A DNA stretch of 64,000 nucleotides from the IMG/VR virus record IMGVR_UViG_3300037418_003060, positions 27,169 to 91,168 of that record; one strand, given 5' to 3'. This document shows, in pieces, positions 1 through 8,937 of the stretch. Both the position numbers and the translations under genes were made by a program. The notes under the pieces were generated by a model that saw nothing but the letters and a program-made list of their open reading frames with translations, ran no database searches and was not told the DNA's origin. Numbering within the stretch: the first letter of the stretch is position 1; each line of letters starts with the position of its first letter. The stretch is from a virus.

Positions 1-1
1 A

Positions 2-103
2 GGCCTGCCGGCCGATCTGCGCACCTTCAGCGGCCTGCTGCAGCAGCTGCGCAACGACCTGGGGCCGCAGTGGCTCCTTAACTTCACTCTCCCGGAGGCC
101 TGA
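2..103 (+). CDS. 3' end of a hypothetical protein (5'-truncated by the window)
   Basis: Open frame GLPADLRTF...LPEA* with GC3-rich codons; its TGA overlaps the next ATG (TGATG). Confidence 0.6.
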   Translation, partial: GLPADLRTFSGLLQQLRNDLGPQWLLNFTLPEA

Positions 104-327
104 TGGCTAAACGAAAACCGCGACTCGACGCCTCGACGATCGAGAGCCTGGAACAGCTGCTGCAGCAGGCATCACCTTCCAACCTGCAGGCCGCGCCCTC
201 GCTGTCCAAGGGTGTGACCTACCTCGCCGAGCTGATTGCGCACTACCGCGACCCGGACAACGCGGCGCGGCGCCAGGATGAGGTGCGCAGGGTGCAGGCG
301 CGCCGGCAGGAGGCGCGCCATGGCTGA
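103..327 (+). CDS. Hypothetical early protein (74 aa)
   Basis: GGAGG RBS; coupled to neighbouring genes. Confidence 0.7.
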   Translation: MAKRKPRLDASTIESLEQLLQQASPSNLQAAPSLSKGVTYLAELIAHYRDPDNAARRQDEVRRVQARRQEARHG

Positions 328-517
328 ACCAACACTACGCTGGGCCGTAAAGGTCAACAAGGTGACCGCCAAGGAGGTGCGGGAGTACGCCGCAAGGAAC
401 TCCGTCTCCCAGATGACCGCCAAGCACCTGATGCAGGCCCGCAAGCAGCCTGTGCTCCAGCAGAACATCAACGGCATTTGGGTCGACGTGCCAACCGTGG
501 AGGTGCCCCATGGCTGA
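320..517 (+). CDS. Hypothetical protein (65 aa)
   Basis: AGGAGG RBS before ATG 320; overlaps both neighbours. Confidence 0.7.
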   Translation: MAEPTLRWAVKVNKVTAKEVREYAARNSVSQMTAKHLMQARKQPVLQQNINGIWVDVPTVEVPHG

Positions 518-845
518 CACCTACACCATCAAACTATGCTACGGAAAGTACACCGTCATCAACGAGTACTGCAAGCCGCTGCAGTTCTTGCGTCTTGGCG
601 AGCCGTGGCCGGCGGCTGAAGAATCGTTCGCCTACTCCAACGTGGTCAAGGCCATGGCCGACCGTATCCAGGAGCTGGAGGAGGCGATCGCCGACGCGGT
701 CTACGGCGCGCGCCTCGACCCGCTCAACCTGGGCTTCGACAGCAACCTGCGGGAGCTTGCGCACCACCTGCCTGCGGGCTGGAAGAAGGATCGGTTAAAC
801 GAGATCGATCGCAAGCTGCGTGCCGTCGCTCCGGAGCAGAAATGA
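510..845 (+). CDS. Hypothetical protein (111 aa)
   Basis: GGAGG RBS; codon bias. Confidence 0.75.
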   Translation: MADTYTIKLCYGKYTVINEYCKPLQFLRLGEPWPAAEESFAYSNVVKAMADRIQELEEAIADAVYGARLDPLNLGFDSNLRELAHHLPAGWKKDRLNEIDRKLRAVAPEQK

Positions 846-924
846 TCCTGCCGCGCGACCTTACCAACCCGCCGCCCGACACGTGCGGCGAAGTCTGGGA
901 ATACCAACAACAATCGGAGAAAAC

Positions 925-1230
925 ATGCCCAAGCCCTTTCAAACACCGGTGCGTATCGCGCACACCACGCTCAACAGTGCCCGAGACCTTGTGGGCGCTG
1001 ACGAGATCTTGATCGCCGAACTTGACATCGTAGGCGACGAGGAGCTCGACGAGATCGTCAAGCGCATCAACCTGCACGACGAGCTGGTGGCCGTTGTCGG
1101 CGCGCTGTTGGGCGACATCGACTACACTGCACACGCCTGCAGCCTCACCGCCCCTGTAGGCGCGGCGCTGAACCCGGCCACGCTGGAACGCGCTCAGAAG
1201 GTGTATAAGCAGGCGACAGGTGTTGCATGA
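925..1230 (+). CDS. Hypothetical protein (101 aa)
   Basis: GGAG RBS before ATG 925; ATGA overlap with the next gene. Confidence 0.7.
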   Translation: MPKPFQTPVRIAHTTLNSARDLVGADEILIAELDIVGDEELDEIVKRINLHDELVAVVGALLGDIDYTAHACSLTAPVGAALNPATLERAQKVYKQATGVA

Positions 1231-1907
1231 CCGCGCCCGTCCACCTCACCCGCTCCTCGTCCAACGCCAAGACCGGCCCGATCCCGGTTTCCACCTCCAG
1301 CCAGACCACCTGCCCGACCAGCTGCAAGCTCAAGGGCAACGGCTGCTACGCCGAGAACGCGCCACTGCTGTTCCACTGGCGCCGCGTGACGCGCGGCGAG
1401 GACGTGCCGACCTGGGAACAGTTCCTCGACTCGATCCGCAAGCTGCCTGACGGCCAGCTGTGGCGCCACAACCAGGCCGGCGACCTGCAGGGCAAGGACA
1501 ACGTGATCGACGCGAAGGCGCTGCGCCAGCTGGTGGAAGCCAACACCGGCCGCCGCGGCTTCACCTACACGCACTATCCGGCCACGAAGGAGAACATCCG
1601 CGCGCTGCGGCATGCGAACAAAAACGGCTTCACGGTGAACCTGTCCGCTGATACGCTTGCGCAAGCTGATGAGCTCGTCAAGCTGGGGCTGCCAGTGGTG
1701 GCGATCGTGCCGCCTGGCCACCGCAACTGGAAGACGCCTGCTGGCCATCGCATCACGATGTGCCCTGCACAGCTGCTGGATTACGTGACCTGCGCGGTGT
1801 GCGGCCTGTGCCAGAAACCCAAGCGTCACGCGATCGTGGCATTCGAGGCACATGGCGCGCGGGCCAAGACTGTGATGAAAACTTTCCAATTAAAGCTGGA
1901 GATCTGA
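1227..1907 (+). CDS. Phage gp88-like / radical-SAM-like Cys-rich protein
   Basis: N-terminal NAKTG..TCPTSC-x6-CYA, RHNQAGD, FTYTH, VNLS, and C-terminal C-x9-CAVCGLC motifs. Confidence 0.6.
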   Translation: MTAPVHLTRSSSNAKTGPIPVSTSSQTTCPTSCKLKGNGCYAENAPLLFHWRRVTRGEDVPTWEQFLDSIRKLPDGQLWRHNQAGDLQGKDNVIDAKALRQLVEANTGRRGFTYTHYPATKENIRALRHANKNGFTVNLSADTLAQADELVKLGLPVVAIVPPGHRNWKTPAGHRITMCPAQLLDYVTCAVCGLCQKPKRHAIVAFEAHGARAKTVMKTFQLKLEI

Positions 1908-1908
1908 A

Positions 1909-2070
1909 ATGCGGCAGAAAACATCCTTGGTAATCTGCGTGCTATGCACGGCAACGAACATCATCTGCATAGGGTTCAACCTTGCGCACAATAATGCGCA
2001 AGGTGTGGCTATCGCAGGTGCTGCGGCCTGCCTCACCGGTGCTGCAGCGTACTTGGTGGGGAGGAGATGA
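1909..2070 (+). CDS. Small membrane protein (53 aa, two hydrophobic segments)
   Basis: Fills the gap; GGAG RBS; MRQKTSLVICVLCTATNIICIGFNLAHNNAQGVAIAGAAACLTGAAAYLVGRR; ATGA overlap. Below the ORF-track cutoff. Confidence 0.6.
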   Translation: MRQKTSLVICVLCTATNIICIGFNLAHNNAQGVAIAGAAACLTGAAAYLVGRR

Positions 2071-2387
2071 TGGGGCCCTGCGCAAAACTGGTCGTACGCT
2101 GCACGATCATCACGCCTGACGGCCTGCGCTTCGTCGGCGAGAACTGGTGCGCCAATCCGCAGCAGGTCTGCCCGCGTGAACCGGGCGAAGGCTACGACAA
2201 GTGCAAGAGCATCTGCCAGCAGGCAGGGCACGCCGAGGAAGTCGCGCTGCAAAACGCCAGCGTGCTGGCCGCCGGCGCGCACGCCTACGTCGAAGGGCAC
2301 GACCACGCCTGCCGCAGCTGCCAGGTCGCGCTGTTCGGTGCCGGCGTCAAGGCGCTGACGATCGGCGCGCCGCCGGCGGAGGGCTGA
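2067..2387 (+). CDS. Zn-dependent cytidine/dCMP deaminase-fold protein
   Basis: HAE and CxxC (HAEEVAL...HACRSC), plus the GEN..CPR motif seen in dCMP deaminases. Confidence 0.8.
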   Translation: MMGPCAKLVVRCTIITPDGLRFVGENWCANPQQVCPREPGEGYDKCKSICQQAGHAEEVALQNASVLAAGAHAYVEGHDHACRSCQVALFGAGVKALTIGAPPAEG

Positions 2388-2388
2388 C

Positions 2389-2565
2389 ATGGACGCCAAC
2401 ATACCGAAGGCCCTGCTGGCCGGCAGCAGCGGTGTCCTGGCCGGCATCACCACCTGCCCACACGAGCATGACCCGGCCTTCGTGGCCACGGCGCTGATCT
2501 GCTTCCTGATCGGCGCCTGGGGCACTTGGTTCTGCTACCTGACTTCACCCATCCACAAGGACTGA
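2389..2565 (+). CDS. Small membrane protein (58 aa)
   Basis: GGAGG RBS; hydrophobic AFVATALICFLIGAWGTWFCYL segment. Confidence 0.6.
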   Translation: MDANIPKALLAGSSGVLAGITTCPHEHDPAFVATALICFLIGAWGTWFCYLTSPIHKD

Positions 2566-2566
2566 C

Positions 2567-2776
2567 ATGGATATCCACCTTATCGCACACCTGCTCATAT
2601 CGCAGGTTCCGTTTCTGATCATGTTCTGGTGCGGGCATTACTTCGGCCGCCGCTCGCGCGACACCGAGATCAGCGCGCTGAAGTTCGTGGCTGAAGCAGC
2701 CAAGGGCATGGCCATCAACAACGCGGCCATCGCCGACAAGGTGATCGCCGAGATCAGCAAGCGGGGCCAGGGGTGA
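2567..2776 (+). CDS. Small protein with N-terminal TM helix (69 aa)
   Basis: AAGGA RBS; hydrophobic N-terminus. Confidence 0.7.
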   Translation: MDIHLIAHLLISQVPFLIMFWCGHYFGRRSRDTEISALKFVAEAAKGMAINNAAIADKVIAEISKRGQG

Positions 2777-2994
2777 ACGTCCGGCGCTACAAGCCACAAG
2801 TCAACGCCTACTGCACGTACTGCAAGGAGGTCGGCGCCGAGAAGGTGAAGGCCTTCTGGTACCTGACGCACGACCACAGTAAGCGCGCCTGCGAGTCGCA
2901 CAAGGCGAACCTTGCGGTGCAGCTGGAGGCTGACCAGCAGCGCGAGCAGCAGGACCCCAGCGAAGCGGATTACCAGACCTGGCACAAACTTTAA
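2773..2994 (+). CDS. Hypothetical Zn-finger-like protein (73 aa)
   Basis: CxxC ... CxxH; GTGA overlap. Confidence 0.65.
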   Translation: MNVRRYKPQVNAYCTYCKEVGAEKVKAFWYLTHDHSKRACESHKANLAVQLEADQQREQQDPSEADYQTWHKL

Positions 2995-3008
2995 CTTACA
3001 ACTCCAAG

Positions 3009-3923
3009 ATGAAACTAAAAGCTAGTGATCTTTTCGCCGGCCTCGGCGGATTTACCGAAGCTGCCATCGCTGCCGATATCGATGTGGTCTGGGCCGCGAA
3101 CCACAGCCCCATCGCCGTCCAGTACCACAAACTGAACCACCCTGAGACGGAAGTCGTCTGCCAGGACCTGCAGCAGGCGAACTTTTACGAAGTACCCAAG
3201 CACGACATCCTGCTTGCCTCGCCGTGCTGCCAAGGGCATACTCCGGCGCGCGGCAAGGACCAGCCGCACCACGACAAGTCGCGCAGCACTGCCTGGGCCG
3301 TGCTGGCTTGCGCCGAGGCGCACCGCGAGGAAGCCATCGTGGTCGAGAACGTGAAGGAGTTCATGGACTGGACCTTGTACCCGGTCTGGAAGGACGGCCT
3401 GCACCGGCTCGGCTATAGCGTGGCCGAGCATGTGGTCGACGCTGCCGACTACGGCGTGCCGCAGCACCGCGTGCGCGCCATCATCGTGGCCACGAAGTCG
3501 AAGAACCCGCTGTACCTGGACCCGCCCAAGCAGCCGCACGTGCCGGCTCGTTCGTTCATCGAGTGGGATGACCACAAGTGGTTCGACATCGCCGACAAGG
3601 TGCAGGCCACGCAGGACCGCGCCGCCGCCGGCCGCGCGCGGTTCGGCGACACCTTCCTCATGCCATTCTACGGCAGCGGCAGCGGCAAGACCGGGCGCAG
3701 CCTGGACCGCCCGATCGGCACCATCACCACGCTGGATCGCTGGGCGCTGGTACGCGGCGACAAGATGCGGATCCTGCAGCCGTCCGAGAACCGGGCGGCG
3801 ATGGGCATGCGCAGCACCTTGCTGCTGCCGAAGGTCAAGCGCGAGGCGGGCATCATGATTGGCAACGCCGTGTGCCCGCCGAAGATGACGGCATTTTTGA
3901 ACGAATTGCAGAGGAGGGTGTGA
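3009..3923 (+). CDS. C5 cytosine DNA methyltransferase
   Basis: Motif I DLFAGLGG, IV SPCCQ, VI ENV, VIII QHRVR, X GNAV. Confidence 0.95.
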   Translation: MKLKASDLFAGLGGFTEAAIAADIDVVWAANHSPIAVQYHKLNHPETEVVCQDLQQANFYEVPKHDILLASPCCQGHTPARGKDQPHHDKSRSTAWAVLACAEAHREEAIVVENVKEFMDWTLYPVWKDGLHRLGYSVAEHVVDAADYGVPQHRVRAIIVATKSKNPLYLDPPKQPHVPARSFIEWDDHKWFDIADKVQATQDRAAAGRARFGDTFLMPFYGSGSGKTGRSLDRPIGTITTLDRWALVRGDKMRILQPSENRAAMGMRSTLLLPKVKREAGIMIGNAVCPPKMTAFLNELQRRV

Positions 3924-4468
3924 TGGAAGATGAGTATTTCGGAGAAGAGCCGGCACGTCGCCGGGTGGAGGTGAAGGGGCCTAATTTCCAGCAGGTGCCC
4001 AAGAACGCTGACTGGGTTCGCCGGTTCTTCGAACAGCCGGAGCCGAAGTGGCAGGTGTTGGAGTTCGACGTCGGTCCGGACGAGGACGGCGGACCCAGCG
4101 TGCGCATGATCACGCGCGATGCTCCGGTGACCGTCGTCAGCAAGGGCCGCACACCTGGCCTGTCGACGATGTCGGCTGCCGCAGCGGTATCCCCAGTCGT
4201 GTCGATGGCGCTGGCTGCCGCAGCGGAGCAGGAGATTAAGGGCGTTAGGGAGGTCCCGCGCACGTTGTCGCAGACGGAAGGTACGCCGAGAATCGTTATG
4301 ACCGGCGGGCGCCGGACAGGGCGTGCTGCCGCCGAGAACAGGCTGCAAGCACTGCTTGCCCAGGCCGCGCTGGAAGAAGGCATGCTGATGATGCCGTCCG
4401 CGCTGACTGGGCCGCGCCGCACACTCATCAACGTCGCCGTGCGCAACGCGCTGCGGCAGTGGAGGTGA
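3923..4468 (+). CDS. Hypothetical protein
   Basis: GGAGG RBS; TGATG coupling to the methyltransferase. Confidence 0.65.
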   Translation: MEDEYFGEEPARRRVEVKGPNFQQVPKNADWVRRFFEQPEPKWQVLEFDVGPDEDGGPSVRMITRDAPVTVVSKGRTPGLSTMSAAAAVSPVVSMALAAAAEQEIKGVREVPRTLSQTEGTPRIVMTGGRRTGRAAAENRLQALLAQAALEEGMLMMPSALTGPRRTLINVAVRNALRQWR

Positions 4469-4470
4469 GT

Positions 4471-5010
4471 GTGAAGCGCCACGTCTACCGCATCGGCGAC
4501 ACGGTGCGCATCGTGAACCCGCGCTGGATCGAGCGTGTCGGCTACCCGCTCGTCTGGTACAACCTGCTCGAGGAGGTGCAGCGGGACCTGAAAGTCGGCC
4601 AGGCCTGGGACGTGCTCAATGGCCGGCCGCCGCGCGGCGCGCCGCCAGAAGTCAAGGGAGGCCTGTTCGGTGTGCTGCAGGCACGCGAGCCGACGCACGG
4701 CGTGCCGCGCTACTTCTTGCAGGCAGCCGCTAAGGCGCTGGTCGAGCAGCGCGGCTTCGGTGGCAACGAGCGCCAGATTTTTTACGTGCAAGACCTGCCA
4801 GAGAACTGCGGCCAGCGCCTGAAGCTTGAGGTGCTCGGCAAGCGTGTGGTGAAGACTGGTACCCGCTTCCCGGCGAGCTACCACCAGTATGACGACGGAG
4901 ACGGAGAACCTGGCGGCCTGGATAACGAGAAGACGCACATCATCCTGCGTACGTCGTACGGCGAGATCGAAGCGTGCAATGTTGAACCCATAACTGGAGA
5001 CCAAAAATGA
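4471..5010 (+). CDS. Hypothetical protein
   Basis: GGAGG RBS before GTG; codon bias. Confidence 0.7.
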   Translation: MKRHVYRIGDTVRIVNPRWIERVGYPLVWYNLLEEVQRDLKVGQAWDVLNGRPPRGAPPEVKGGLFGVLQAREPTHGVPRYFLQAAAKALVEQRGFGGNERQIFYVQDLPENCGQRLKLEVLGKRVVKTGTRFPASYHQYDDGDGEPGGLDNEKTHIILRTSYGEIEACNVEPITGDQK

Positions 5011-5624
5011 AAGAACTACTCTGGCGCGCACTGGCGCGCTTCGTCGCCAAGCCACTCATCGCCGACTGGCTGATTCACCGTGCCCTGCAAACGCCGTACA
5101 CCCACATCTGGAAGAACGGCGAGATCTACATGCAGCGCTTCTGGCTTTTCAACCCGTACCCTGGACCCGACAACGGCGGGCGCCGGCGCTGGGGCGACTG
5201 GCTGCCGTCGGTGCGACTGCATCGCATCCGGCTCGAAGACCAGGACCGCGACATGCATGACCATCCGTGGGACGCGCGTACCATCATCCTGCGCGGCTGG
5301 TATATCGAGGACCGGCTCGAGCCGGCCGAGCCGCGCCAGCTGGAAGCGCCGATCAAGCCGGGCGTTATCACGGCCGAGGGCGAGCACCTGCAGGTCAACA
5401 CCTACCACCGGCAGGAGGGCGATACCGCGCCGCTCAACTTTGGCGAGTACCACCAGATCACGGCCATCATAACCGGCGGTGTCTGGACGATGTTCATCAC
5501 GTGGAAATACCGCGGCACCTGGGGCTTCCTGGTCGACGGTGTGAAAGTGCCATGGAAGCAGTATTTGAACCGCGGCCGGCGTGCCGCTGACAAGGAGACC
5601 CATCATGCCCAAGTGGGAAGTTAA
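5007..5624 (+). CDS. Cupin/double-stranded-beta-helix-like protein
   Basis: LH-x9-MHDHPW...GWYIE...YHQI pattern of His-triad cupin-like phage proteins. Confidence 0.55.
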   Translation: MKELLWRALARFVAKPLIADWLIHRALQTPYTHIWKNGEIYMQRFWLFNPYPGPDNGGRRRWGDWLPSVRLHRIRLEDQDRDMHDHPWDARTIILRGWYIEDRLEPAEPRQLEAPIKPGVITAEGEHLQVNTYHRQEGDTAPLNFGEYHQITAIITGGVWTMFITWKYRGTWGFLVDGVKVPWKQYLNRGRRAADKETHHAQVGS

Positions 5625-5817
5625 ACTCGTCTTCACCTGCGGCAGCTACACCGCCATGGTGACCGCAGAAACCGGCCAGCGCGCGATAGAGCTTGCCACG
5701 ATCTACGCGCGCATGGCCAAGCCGTCCGGCACCCATTTCGGCCGTCTTCTCGAGGCACCGAAAGCAACCCTGAAAGAAGAAAATGATAACGACAACCCAA
5801 AAAGAGACGCGGGCTAG
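5605..5817 (+). CDS. Hypothetical protein (70 aa)
   Basis: AAGGAG RBS before ATG 5605. Confidence 0.6.
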   Translation: MPKWEVKLVFTCGSYTAMVTAETGQRAIELATIYARMAKPSGTHFGRLLEAPKATLKEENDNDNPKRDAG

Positions 5818-6019
5818 CTTCTATGCCCGCAAGTACGGCGGCGGCTACCGCACCGCGCGCAGCGAGTTCAGGTGCGAGGTCACGCTGTGCCTGAACCGCA
5901 TTACGCCTGGCGTGCGCTACTTCGACACGCAACAGGTGACGACCTGGCCCAAGACCTTGCGCATCTGCGCATGCTGCGCGGAGGGCGCACTCGCAACTCC
6001 CTGGCACGTCGGCTCGTAA
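5783..6019 (+). CDS. Small Cys-rich (Zn-ribbon-like) protein
   Basis: ARSEFRC-x4-C..I.PG..Y...RICACC pattern. Confidence 0.6.
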   Translation: MITTTQKETRASFYARKYGGGYRTARSEFRCEVTLCLNRITPGVRYFDTQQVTTWPKTLRICACCAEGALATPWHVGS

Positions 6020-6062
6020 CCCACCTAACGGCAACACTCGTTGCCGTTCCTCAAAATATTCT

Positions 6063-6092
6063 TTGACACATCTGCAGAGTTTGTCTTACTCT
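6063..6092 (+). promoter_or_regulatory. sigma70-type promoter for the rdgC-helicase operon
   Basis: TTGACA-N18-TACTCT with an AT-rich upstream stretch, in an intergenic gap. Confidence 0.6.
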
Positions 6093-6123
6093 GTGCCCTC
6101 CTATTCCCTGAAGGAAAATTCCT

Positions 6124-6975
6124 ATGTTCAAGTCCGCCACCGTTTTCGAGATCCAGAAGCCTGCCGACTTCAAGGGCCTGGCCGAGAAGCTCGCCGCCTG
6201 CCCGTTCACCCCGGTCGGCAGCCTGCAGGCCGAATCGTTCGGCTTCGAGCCGGTCCACGAAGGCACGCTCACCTTCCGCAGCCACAACTGCGAGCTGTTC
6301 CGGTTCACCGTCGAGCAGAAGCGCATCCCGAAGTCGGCCATCAACGTCGAGCTGAAGGCGCGCTGCGCGGCGTTCGAGAAGGAGGCCGGCGTCCCGCCCG
6401 GCAAGAAGGCAAAGAAGGAGCTGCGCGAGCGTGTGGTCGACGACCTGCTGCCGCGGGCGCTGCCGTCGCGCCGCTCGGTGCTGGTGTGGGCCGATTACGA
6501 CAGCAGCCGCCTGGTTATCGACTCGACCTCCAACACCACCATCGACCTGTTCTGGAAAGCCTTCTTCAAGTGCGTGCAGACGGACATCGGCACCACCGAC
6601 AAATGGCTCGGCGCCAGGGTGCTGGGCGAGTGGCTGGACGACCTGGTGAATCTGCCGTCGACCTATTCGGTGGACGACGCCGTCAAGCTCGAATACCCGA
6701 ACGGCGCGGTCGTCACGTTCAAGAAGGCCGACCTGGACACCGAGCGCGTGCGCGGGCACCTATCCAACGGCGCTAGCGTGGCGTCCCTGGCCATGACCTA
6801 CGACAGCCGCCTGTCGTTCGTGGTCACGCCGGCACGCCAGATCCGTTCGATCAAGCCACTCGACGTGCTCAAGGAGCGTCAGGTAGAGAACGACCTGGAC
6901 GCTTTCGAGAACGACTTTGTGCTGATGACGGGCGAGCTGCGCGCACTGTTCGATTCGTTCGCCGAGTGGGCATGA
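6124..6975 (+). CDS. rdgC: Recombination-associated protein RdgC
   Basis: MFKSATVF, FTP.GS...S.GF, KKELRE..VDDLLPRA, LSFV, DFVLMTGEL signature segments. Confidence 0.92.
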   Translation: MFKSATVFEIQKPADFKGLAEKLAACPFTPVGSLQAESFGFEPVHEGTLTFRSHNCELFRFTVEQKRIPKSAINVELKARCAAFEKEAGVPPGKKAKKELRERVVDDLLPRALPSRRSVLVWADYDSSRLVIDSTSNTTIDLFWKAFFKCVQTDIGTTDKWLGARVLGEWLDDLVNLPSTYSVDDAVKLEYPNGAVVTFKKADLDTERVRGHLSNGASVASLAMTYDSRLSFVVTPARQIRSIKPLDVLKERQVENDLDAFENDFVLMTGELRALFDSFAEWA

Positions 6976-7424
6976 TGGTCACGCTGCAGGAGCAGCGCCT
7001 GATGAAGGCGCTGCGCGATTATCAGCCGTTCTGGATGGGCGCGCCGTCGGCCTGGGTGTGGCGGGGCCCGAACGGGCCGCAAGGCCTTGGCATGCTGCCG
7101 AGGCCGCGCGACCTGAGGCAGGCGCACGTCGACGAGTCGCCATACCGCTGCTTCGGCCTCATTAACCTGCTGTGGCTGTCGATGGACATGCCGCGGCCGC
7201 CCACGCATTACGACGCCAGGCAGAACAGCCTGTACTGCATGCTGCTGATCTCGGCCGGTTCGATGCTGGTCGACGGGATGCCGCTCATCGAGCAGGCGTC
7301 GGCACTGACCCTGCACCAGTTTCACGACCTTGCCGCCACTGGCAAATTCTCAAGCAAGCAGGAGCACAACATCCTGCCGCTCTTGAAGCTGCTTGCGTTC
7401 CGGCGCCTGAAGGAGGAGGCATGA
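6972..7424 (+). CDS. Hypothetical protein
   Basis: ATGA overlaps at both ends. Confidence 0.7.
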   Translation: MMVTLQEQRLMKALRDYQPFWMGAPSAWVWRGPNGPQGLGMLPRPRDLRQAHVDESPYRCFGLINLLWLSMDMPRPPTHYDARQNSLYCMLLISAGSMLVDGMPLIEQASALTLHQFHDLAATGKFSSKQEHNILPLLKLLAFRRLKEEA

Positions 7425-8890
7425 GCGACCTGTTCCCGATCGGCCAGCGCCGCACGCTGGAAGAAGTGCTGGCCACGCACGGCCCGCTGCCGTTCTACCG
7501 GCCGGACGGCACGTTGTCCGAGCTGAACGCGATGCAGAAGGAAGACATCGTCAGGCTGGCCGAGCTGGTGCGCGCGCTGGGCGACCTGCCGGTGGGCTAT
7601 GGCAAGACGGCGATCCTGACCTGTGTGGCGCTGATGCTGGGCGCGCGCACCAATGTGATCCTGATGCCCCCGGTGCTGGTGCCACAGTGGGTGAAGTGGC
7701 TGAACAAGCTCAAGGGCATGGGGCAGGTGCTGGCGTACAGCGGCGGCCCTGCCAAGCGTCAGGCGCTGGACATCGGGGCGGCGCGCTGGCTGGTGATGAG
7801 CTACGGCGTGTTTAACAACGACATCGACCGCCTGCTCCGGCTGCCCGGGCCGCGCCTGATCGGTGTGGACGAGGTGCAGAACATCAAGGGCCGCGGCGTG
7901 CTGTACAAGAACGTGAACAAGTTCGCGCCGTACCCTGAGCCGTTCATCGGCATGTCCGGCACGATCATGAGCAAGCCCGACGACGGCTACGCCTATGTGA
8001 AGATGAACACGCCGACCGTGTACGCCACGCACCGCGTGTTCCGCGCGACCCACGTACTCGAGTACGACTTCTTCGACAACCCGGTGAAGTGGCACAACCT
8101 GGACCTGCTGGAGAAGAACCTTGACCTGGCGCGCGTACGCCGCACGAAGGCCGAGGTGCACGCCCACCTGCCGCAACCGGTGTACGTCCCGCTCGAATAC
8201 GATCTGGCGCCGGCACACCTGCAGCTGTACCACCGGCTGATGGACGAGCAGCTGCTGGAGGTGGCTGACGGCAAGATCGACGCCACCACTGCGGGCAAGC
8301 TGTACACCTGCAGCCAGCAGATCATCGCCAACTGGGGCTACTTCTCGGACGACGAGAAAAACGTGCCGCAGCTGTTCGAAATGCTCGAGCAGGTATGCGA
8401 CGAACTTGGGCTGGGCGATCCGGTGCTGCCAGGGGAAGAACGCAGCAAGCTTATCGTCTGGTCCAAGTTCAGGATGACAACCCGGCGGCTGATCGCCTTC
8501 ATGAATAAGTACCTCAAGCCCAAGGGCAAGTACGCCACCGCAGCGTATGGCGAGGTTGATTCGGCCAAGGGGTTGGAGGAGTTCAAGCACGATCCGGATT
8601 GCGTGGCCGGCGTGTTCCAGCCAGGCTCGGTGGGCGCCGGTGCCGACGGCATTCAGCATGTCTGCTGGGCCCAGTTCTGGGTCGAAATGCCTACCACCAC
8701 CATCCCGTTCAACCAGAGCGTGGGGCGCTGCGATCGCGAGGGGCAGCGCTTCCAGCCGACGATCTGGATCGCCGTGGCGCGCCGCACGCTCCAGCAGACC
8801 CTGCTCAAGAACCTGTTTGCCAACGACCAGCTGGTGGTGCAGGCCGGTGGTTCCAAGCAAAGCATCAAGGAATTGATCTTTCCTAAGTGA
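7421..8890 (+). CDS. SNF2/SF2 DNA helicase
   Basis: Walker A PVGYGKT, DEVQ, MSGT, motif VI QSVGRCDREGQ; AGGAGG RBS at 7421. Confidence 0.9.
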   Translation: MSDLFPIGQRRTLEEVLATHGPLPFYRPDGTLSELNAMQKEDIVRLAELVRALGDLPVGYGKTAILTCVALMLGARTNVILMPPVLVPQWVKWLNKLKGMGQVLAYSGGPAKRQALDIGAARWLVMSYGVFNNDIDRLLRLPGPRLIGVDEVQNIKGRGVLYKNVNKFAPYPEPFIGMSGTIMSKPDDGYAYVKMNTPTVYATHRVFRATHVLEYDFFDNPVKWHNLDLLEKNLDLARVRRTKAEVHAHLPQPVYVPLEYDLAPAHLQLYHRLMDEQLLEVADGKIDATTAGKLYTCSQQIIANWGYFSDDEKNVPQLFEMLEQVCDELGLGDPVLPGEERSKLIVWSKFRMTTRRLIAFMNKYLKPKGKYATAAYGEVDSAKGLEEFKHDPDCVAGVFQPGSVGAGADGIQHVCWAQFWVEMPTTTIPFNQSVGRCDREGQRFQPTIWIAVARRTLQQTLLKNLFANDQLVVQAGGSKQSIKELIFPK

Positions 8891-8937
8891 AAGAGCACAA
8901 TTGCTGTTCCGCAATCCAGTAATAAGAAAGTATAAAA

